Part shown: one piece after another, positions 55,793-64,000 of the stretch
Layout: the number at the start of each line of letters is the position of its first letter
How positions within the stretch are numbered: the first letter of the stretch is position 1
Origin: Neoconidiobolus thromboides FSU 785
Lineage: Eukaryota; Fungi; Entomophthoromycota
Direction of reading: 5' to 3'
Assembly (NCBI GenBank): GCA_025603075.1
Contig: MU626366.1
Span: 1-64,000 of the forward strand
DNA length: 64,000 nucleotides
Notes under the pieces: generated by a model
Databases searched by the model: none
Told to the model about the DNA's origin: nothing
Seen by the model: the letters and a program-made list of their open reading frames with translations, nothing else
Translations under genes and position numbers: made by a program

Positions 55793-55890
55793 GAGGATGT
55801 TTTTTTTAATTTGATCACTTTTTGATTTTTTAAGTACTATTTAAATGGAAAGACTATCAGTAGAACTCTTAAATAAAAAAACACATCACC
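55793..55890 (+). mobile_element. MITE copy
   Basis: ATAT|GAGGATGTTTTTTTT...AAGTACTATTTAAATGGAAAG...AAAAAACACATCACC|ATAT. Confidence 0.85.
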
Positions 55891-56181
55891 ATATACAATA
55901 TTTGAAAGTAAATTTGTAATTAAAGTCATAAATATATATTTATAAAAAAATTATTTTAAACTATTTAAATTGAACTCTTGTTACCTTTTGCTCCATGTAA
56001 AAGCTTTGATTATTATTTATTATTTAATATCAGTTCAATGAATATAATTTGATAAAGATAAATATTTAATAATATAATTTATATATTTGATAATAAAAAT
56101 TTAACTTAAGATTTAATTGGCTTATGTCTTAATATTAGTATAAAATTAAAGAATAATGTATTATTTATTTTAAGTTATTAT

Positions 56182-58381
56182 TTAATTAGAAGCATGGTGA
56201 GCATTAGTCTCTAAATCAAACTCATCAGGTTGCTCTTTCTTTTCTGAAGTTGAAGGCTCTGATTCATCAAAGTAATTTTCAACATTTGGTTCTCTACCAA
56301 ATTTAGTCATTAACCAATCCCATCTTGAGATGTCATGTGATTCTGTCTTAGTACCAATTAATAGGACTACAAGTGTCATAAATACTATACCAATTAAAAG
56401 TCCAGCCCAAGCAGGGTAAGCATTAAAACCAACAGGAAGATAACCAAAAATAACGGAAGTAAGTGCTACTAATAAAGCATAAGGTAATTGAGTAGTAACG
56501 TGATCACGTACTGGACATTTAGATGAAAGCGCGGAAAGGATAGAAGTGCCTGAAATTGGAGAACATTGGTCACCGAAGATAGCACCAGTTAAAATAGATG
56601 AGATGCAGTGTACTAATAAATCATGGTCATCTTTAGCTGAAGCATGTACTAAAGGAATAACTAAAGGAAACATTATAGTCATAGTACCCCAAGAAGTACC
56701 CGTGGTAAATGAAATAATACATGAAATAATAAAAACCAATACGGGTACGGCGTGAGGATCAAGAGTCGTAGAAAGAGAAGATACAATAAAGGTAGCAGCA
56801 CCAAGGTCGGCGAAAGCAATACCAATACTCCATGCTAATATCAAAATAAGTAAAGGCTCAACGATATCTTTGATACCATGTAAAAAGATAGCAATAGAAA
56901 GTTGGAAAGACATAATATTTTGAATGCGGTATAATATCATTGCTATGATACAAGCAAGGAAAGAAGAGTATAATAAGGAACCATAAGGATCCCCAGAGCC
57001 TGCTAAACCTGTGGCGGATAAATCGGGCACTTCTTCTTGCATTTGTTTATAATAACCACTCATGAAAAGGGCAACAACGGTAACAACTACAACTACAATA
57101 ATAGGGATAACAGCGTTAATCCAACGACGTGGAGTTTGATCACTTGGTTTAAGTGGATCAGTGTCATTCACATCACCAATCAAAACGGTATTGTCTTTAA
57201 CTAAACGTTTTCCAAAGAAAGCTCTACGTTCAGCAACTAGCATTGGACCAAAATCGCGTTTCAAAACCAAAATAATTATAATGAATAATAACATATAAAG
57301 AGGATAGAAACGAGATTGAATAGTTTCCAAGAAGATCAAGAAAGGCTCTTTATCAATTTTTAAAAGAGTAAATTGAGCTTTAATTAACCCGATTTCGAAA
57401 CCAATCCAGGAAGAGATAGGAGCAATTGAAGCTGGTGGAGAAGAAGTTGCATGAACTAAGAAGGCTAACTTTTCTCTTGATAAGAATAAAGTATCTGTGA
57501 CAGGTTGCATATTTGAACCAACAATCAAGCAAGAAGCAAAATCATCGAAGAAGATCAAGATTCCTACTATAAATGTTGCCCATTGACCTCTCCAGCGGTT
57601 GGTTGCTAACCTTGTTACGCTGTTTGCCATACCATGGGCACCCCCTGACTTTTGAATTAAAGCGATCAAACCAGAAAGGTAAAATGTGAATAATATAATT
57701 TTAACATTATCGGAGTTAGCTACAGCTTGTACAGTATAGTAATCCAACATACGTAAAAACCCGTTAACTGGATTAAAACCATTAATGAACATTGAAGAAA
57801 GGAATAAACCTAACATTAAAGCAAAAAGTGCTTGAGAAGAAAACAATGCTACTGCTAATAAGACGATGATAGGAATTAAAGTAACGCCACCGGGCATACC
57901 ATGGACAGTTCCAGAATTAGTTCCAATTTCTTTATCATCTGCTGAAACAGAGAGTACCACTCTACGTGCAACAGCGGAAGGAATATCAATATCGGAAATT
58001 GAATAAGTAGAAGCCATAAAACCTTGAGGAAGTGAAGCTGATAAAGATAGCTCATTACCATCATCTATGCTAAGTTTCCCAGAACTTACTTCTTTTTCGC
58101 TACCTTCTTCGCCAACTTTGACAACATAAGTTAAGTTGCTGGTAGTAGCTATTAAAAAGATAAGTTTATAGCTATTAATGAATTAGAATGAAATTACCTT
58201 TAGAATATATTAAATTGAATGAGAGTGACATTTTGAAGTTATATAGGACAACTTTAGGAAACGTAACATCCCCTAATGTTATTGGAGATGTAGAGTCATC
58301 TTGTGCATTAGTAGTTGAAAATAATAGAAATACTGATAGCAGTATATTCAATATAAAAGATTTGTAGTGTAATAATCTCAT
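56182..58381 (-). CDS. NhaC-family (prokaryote-type) secondary transporter with N-terminal signal peptide and extracellular domain, 2 exons
   Basis: Exon 1 (signal peptide MRLLHYKSFILNILLSVFLLFSTTNA...YSK) splices in frame over an intron at about 58152-58197 to exon 2. Exon 2 carries IFFDDF...LSREKLAFLV, TTGTSWGTM, GAIFGDQCSPIS and DHVTTQLPYAL. Confidence 0.9.
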
Positions 58382-59663
58382 AACACTAAATTGAAATAAA
58401 AAACAATAAAAATTATTTAAATTGATTTATGCTGTTTTTTATACTATTTTTATTTCAATTTATTGATTCTATTAATATTCAATTTTCATGATCATATGGT
58501 TTATCTAATAATTTAATCAAGTTATGTTCATTATCTGAAATCTACCTTAAATTAAGGATATTAATTTCAATAAAGGTTCTATACTAACCTAATCTGCTTG
58601 TATATAAAAAAGAAAATATCTTAATTATTATAATTAATTATTATATATTTATGTATCTAACATAATAATAAAACAAATTTTATTGATAGTTTGGGTATAT
58701 TTAATTAGCATAATATTCTTTAATAGTGAATATTATGCCTTTATTTTATATTTTTTGGTGGTAAATTTCGTTTTAGGCATATTCTTAAAGTGGAACTTTA
58801 CCTTAATTCAGATGATCAGAAAATGAATTTATTACCCAGCATGACTAATATTGGTATGGTACAACTACATTTTTAAAGGATAGATAGCATCTGACTTAAA
58901 CTATCAAAATATAAGTACATGTTTAAAGTAAAGTAGTTATTTAAAGAAACAAAAGTTCTTAAATTACTTATGTCTGCATTCATGTTATTCATAATTCAAT
59001 ACATAGTGAAACCTTAAAATGATTTGTGTCAATTTTAATCCCCTGGTTTTATAATGTTTTACTTTGAGATTTAATCAATTATATATAATTTAATTAGAAA
59101 ATAAAAATTAGTTATAATATAATAACATTTATAAAAACTATAAACATTCTGATAGTTTTGAAAATTTCATGCTTCTGTTATAAAAGTCAAAGCTATCTGA
59201 TAATAAAGTTTTTTATATTTCATTCCTTTAAATAGTATAATTAAAAGGAGCAAAGAATAAGATAAAAGAATTATAATACTTTTAAATTATCAGAACTGAG
59301 ATCACAAAAATTTTATCTTTATGAATTCAATTTGCTTATATATCTACATTTTATTCTTCATTTTTATCAGAATATAGATTACGTTATAGTTATAGCAAGC
59401 TATTACCTTATAAAAAAATATTGATAACAAAACGTTTCTAGCATAGTATGAGTTTTAATATGAACAAATTTGCTTATAAAAATGATATAAAAAGTGTTGG
59501 GTGCGATATAAATGCATCTGATTAATATGGCTCCTTCTTATCATAGTTAACTGATGTAAAATTTGTTATTTTAAAACCAATTAACAAAATACTATGAATA
59601 ATCAAATTATAAAAACAAAAATTTATTTATTTCATATAAATTGATAAACTATGTTTATAATAA

Positions 59664-60841
59664 TTAAAAGGACTCTAAATGGCTTATAAAAGTTAGTAAC
59701 TCTAAGCGAGCTTTTTCTAAAAATTTCAATAAATAAGATAATCCAGGATGAGAGATTGTTAAATTGAGATAATCGTTTATCTCATATTCTCTTTGATTTA
59801 TGATACTAAAAGACAATATTTAATTGAATAATATATAAATTATAGTAAACTATTACACAGTCTTTTTCTTCCCTTTTCTAGATGGTATTACAGGCAAATA
59901 ATTAATAAAGTCAATCTTTATATATTCTCCTTTAATATAAAATTGAATTATCAAATCATTTGGCAATGAAGGTGTAATTATCTAATTATCTAATTAATAC
60001 TTATCAAATGATAGTAATAATATAATACATTATTTTCAGTTAATTTCTCCGGAAATAATGTACTCAAATCTGGTTTATTAAAACAAAGGATAGATTTATC
60101 AAATATATAAAGCATGTTTTGAATTGTCTTAAAAAAGATTAATAAATCAAATATAAATAAAATAATTACATTGAATATCTCTTGTTTTGTACGCTTCTTA
60201 CTAATAAGTGCAATTTCATCTAATAGAGACTCCAAATAAAACTTTAATCTAGCAATCTAAAACGATTAATTGGTAAATTCATCTATAGCAATACCTTATA
60301 AAACATTACTTGTTCTAAGTGATAAAATTTATTTTTAGTTAATTTTATTTGGAATAAATGTTTGTTATTAAACAATGCCATCTGTGCTATCAAATCCTAT
60401 TTGTTTTAAACATTATTAAGTTTTATTACAAAAGTAGTAATAAATTACCATTTTAATGATCTTGTCCTGAGTAATTAAAAGACTTCCTTTAATATTTGGA
60501 TTTCTAAATAAGTGATATTAGTATATACTTTAAACTTTATTTAGCTTCTTACTCATCAGAAATGACTAGTTCAATTGGCTTTGAAGTATAGTTATCTGTT
60601 TGATATCGATTATTAAATTATAAAATGCCTAAAAATAAATATACTTATGTTGAAATAATTTTCAGAAAAGATGTTGTTTAGTTCTTGGTTTATTACATTT
60701 ATCATGGAAGGGAATTCATTATTTAATAAGAGATCAAGCTCTCTCTCCTTTTTGCTTTTAAACTTATTTGAATATTTTTAATATACAAAATACCATTTGT
60801 TCCTTCTCATACTGTAAAAGTTTTAAATTGGACTTGATCAT
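59664..60841 (-). CDS. ROGDI: RAVE complex subunit Rav2 / ROGDI-family protein, 9 exons
   Basis: Only a fragment is in the ORF track. Reconstructed MIKSNLKLLQYEKEQM|FKSKKERELDLLLNNEFP...NIKGSLLITQDKIIKM|...FYHLEQV...NKPDLSTLFPE|IITPSLPNDLIIQFYI...ISHPGLSYLLKFLEKARLELLTFISHLESF*. Eight GT-AG introns restore one open frame; exon 1 is less certain (31-nt intron). Confidence 0.78.
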
Positions 60842-60888
60842 TTTAAAAAAGAAAATAAATAAACAAAATTAAGTTTTTTGTAATTTAA

Positions 60889-62747
60889 ATGCAGTTGGAA
60901 GTCAAAGTTGGAAAAGAAATACATAAAAATCAAGACAATAATCTCAATAATTTTATTATAAAAAAAGAAAAAGGAAGTGATATTAAAGATATCAAAAATA
61001 ACAATGATAAAATAGACAATAATAATATAGATAATGATAAAAAAAGTAACGATGACTATAAATTTAAAAGGAATTTAAAAAACAATACAATTTTATCTCA
61101 TTTTAAAATTACAAAAAAGAGTAATAGTAGTAAAATGAAATATGATGATATTATCAATAAATTAAGTAGAGATTCATTTTCAATATATCATGACCAAAGC
61201 TATCATAAACTTGAGAAAGAACAAATAAATGAGTTCAAAATTAAATTATTAGACTGGTTTGATGAAAATAAACGGAAATTACCTTGGAGAGTCAATTTGG
61301 AAAACGATACAACAGATGAATTAAAAAATTTAAATGCATATAAAGTATGGGTTAGTGAGATTATGTTGCAGCAAACACAAGTTGAAACAGTTAAGGAATA
61401 TTTTATAAAATGGATAAAGTTATTTCCAACTATTGAGTCATTAGCTTTAGCAGATATTGAGAAAGTTAATATTGCGTGGGCAGGTTTAGGTTATTATCAA
61501 AGAGCAAAAAGATTACATGATGGTGCAAAATTAGTAGTTGATAAATTTAGTGGTAAAATTCCAAATAATTTAAATGATTTACTTTCACTTCCGGGTATTG
61601 GCCCTTATACCGCAGGCGCTATTGCTAGTATTGCTTTTGGTTTGCCTTGTGAAACAGTAGATGGTAATATAATGAGGGTGATAACCCGTATTTATGCTAT
61701 TTCAGGAGATATAAGAGCTCAATCAACTGTAACTATTTTATGGGAAAAGGCTAAAGAACTTTTGAATAAAGAGAGGCCTGGTGATTTTAATCAAGCATAT
61801 ATGGACTTTGGATCTTCAGTGTGTACATCTACAAATCCTAAATGTAATATTTGTCCATTTTCTGGAAAAGATGGAAATAAACCAATATGTAAGGCATATT
61901 TAGAGGTAAGCTAAACAATGTTATAAGCAATTGACGTGACTAATAATTTTTTAGAGTCAAATAGAATTACCAGATCTATTAGATTTAGAAGATTTAGAAA
62001 AACTATATGACATTCCTTCACACAGAGGTATATTATTCACATCACCAAGAGGGATAGTTTTTATTTAATCTTTTTATACAGAGTGTAATATGTGTACTGA
62101 AATACCAAACGGAGAGAAAGGGATAATACTTTTTCCAGTAACAAGATATCCATATAAATCCCCAAATAAAAAGAAAAGAGATGAAGGTAAAATTATTTAT
62201 ATACCGTTGATACAAATAATTAACGGTAAATTAGAATGTATAGTTTTGGTTATTAAAAAAATAGATAAAGGTAACAAAAGTAATTTTTTAATGATCAAAA
62301 GACCGAACAAAGGTAATGTATTTATTGACTAGAACATTCATGTTAATTATTTTAGGCTTATTAGCTGGTATGTGGGCGTTCCCATATATTGATATTAGTA
62401 CAAAGGAGGCAACCAATAAGATAAGTAAAAAAGGGCAATCAAGAGCGAAAAAATATCCTAAAGGTGATATTGATTTTGAACATAGCAAAGAGCTGGAAGC
62501 TCTTTATAATAGATTTATTCGAAACCAATCGATGTATGATATTTATGATAAAATAAAGTATCATGGACCCGTATCACACATATTTAGTCACATAAATCAA
62601 ATATATCATGTCTATTCAATTACTATAGATGAAGTAGAAAGTGGGGTTAACGAAGATAAAATAAAATGGGTGGATCATCCAAATATTGTATCATTGCCAA
62701 CTGCATTTAGCAAAGTTTGGAAGAAGACGAATTTTGAAAATCAATAA
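60889..62747 (+). CDS. MUTYH: Adenine DNA glycosylase MutY homolog
   Basis: LLDWFDENKRKLPWR; VWVSEIMLQQTQV; WAGLGYYQRAKRLH; HhH LPGIGPYTAGAIASIAF; VDGNIMRV; Fe-S motif C-x6-C-x2-C...C; Nudix-like C-terminus (GLLAGMWAFP, HIFSH). Confidence 0.96.
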
Positions 62748-63351
62748 AGCATTTTCATTTTATTATCTCATTTTTTAACTATTAGAATAATAGTTTACAA
62801 CTAAGAATTTTACATTTCACTTAGATAAGATTTTATTTAGCATGTATAGATTCTCTTTAAGTTAACTCTCATATGAATAACAAGCCTACTTTGTTGAAAC
62901 TATGATATTTAATAAACATTTTCTCAACTAGATATAAAAACAACGTTTAAGCTTGTATTTAAGTAATAAATTTAAACTTATCATTGCTTAAATGATAGTT
63001 ACTAAATATCAAGTATCATATTGTACTTGAGGATTCAATGTAAACATTTAAAGCATAGTAATACAATGGCTTTAAGTGTATTATGTGACTACTATTTAGT
63101 TACATCTCATGTCTTTTTTGTTGCTTATTTCGTGTTATTAAAATCCTTGGAAATTCTCGTACTAGTACATGAAAGTTAGATCCCATAGCTAGCAATCCCT
63201 TTAAAATTGATGATTGAACTTTGCAATTTTCAAGTAGACACTCAAAATCTAAGTTTGTTTTTTATTACAAAAATCAAAGTAAAATAATTTATATAACAAA
63301 TACTATTATTTAACAATCTTTTTTTTAGTTCTTATTATTTAACAACTCAAA

Positions 63352-64000
63352 ATGGTAATTTTATTAGCTACATATAATGTAAGTTTATAATATTTTTTTA
63401 GTCTTTGAGTAAAAACAATAAGTTGATCAACTTACTCAACTATCGATTAAGAGTAACTTTAATCGATAAAAGAGTATTTACAGGACAAATGATGGCTTTT
63501 GATACTCATATGAATTTAGTAATTGCCGATTGTGAAGAATTTCGTAAAACCAAAGCAAAAGAAGGAAAAGAACAAGTAGAACTTAAACGTACACTTGGAT
63601 TAGTAATTCTTAGAGGAGAACATATAGTAACAATTTCAGTTGATGGACCACCACCACCAAATAGTGATCCTTCAAAGAATCGTATGAATCAAGTAAAACT
63701 GATTTAATATTAAGTTAACAAAATCTAAGTGTTTTATTTAGCTTGCACCTGGAACAGGAGTTGGTCGTCCAGCAGGACGTGGTATCCCTGCAGCTCCACC
63801 TGCAATGGCACCAGCAGGTAATTACATATTTTATATCATTTTTAATAAAATATTAATATATTTTAGGTTTGGCTGGACCAGTACGTGGAGTTGGTGGTCC
63901 AGCTCCTGGTATGATGCTTCCACGTGGACCAGGACAAGTACCTGTAGCATCTGCTGCACCTATACCTTACGGTCGTCCACCACCACCAGGCGTTAGACCA
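63352..64000 (+). CDS. SMB1: Spliceosomal Sm protein B; first exon is the ATG only; runs out of the window
   Basis: M|SLSKNNKLINLLNYRLRVTLIDKRVFTGQMMAFDTHMNLVIADCEEFR...RTLGLVILRGEHIV...GPPPP; G/P-rich tail. Confidence 0.96.

Noticed and set aside
50226-58381. Ca2+ exchanger and NhaC-like transporter within about 3 kb as an ion-homeostasis cluster
   Set aside because: Separated by unrelated genes (TEN1, orphan); no shared regulatory signal seen; likely coincidence.

Overview
64 kb of a very AT-rich, gene-dense eukaryotic genome with short (about 30-90 nt) GT-AG introns. Gene content (CBM19 protein, VMP1, MCM8, XRCC2, PTAR1, animal-like TEN1, ROGDI, zinc-finger HscB) points to an early-diverging fungus; a Zoopagomycota/Entomophthorales-like identity is inferred, not proven. 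About 28 protein-coding genes can be reconstructed, mostly housekeeping. Four (PTAR1-like, ECM15-like, TEN1, ROGDI/RAV2) are absent or only fragmentary in the ORF track and were assembled by hand from splice signals. No tRNA, rRNA or CRISPR array was seen. Main points of interest: (1) a ~98-bp MITE family with about 16 copies, GGGG/GAGG...CCCC/CCTC ends and a demonstrable 4-bp ATWT target-site duplication, clustered around a tandem pair of secreted GDSL lipases; (2) a prokaryote-type NhaC-family transporter fused to a signal peptide and an extracellular domain, with several family-conserved charged residues replaced; (3) an intronless bacterial-type TrmH/SpoU methyltransferase; (4) a 7-nt micro-exon. 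All family assignments come from motif recognition by eye; no database search was run.
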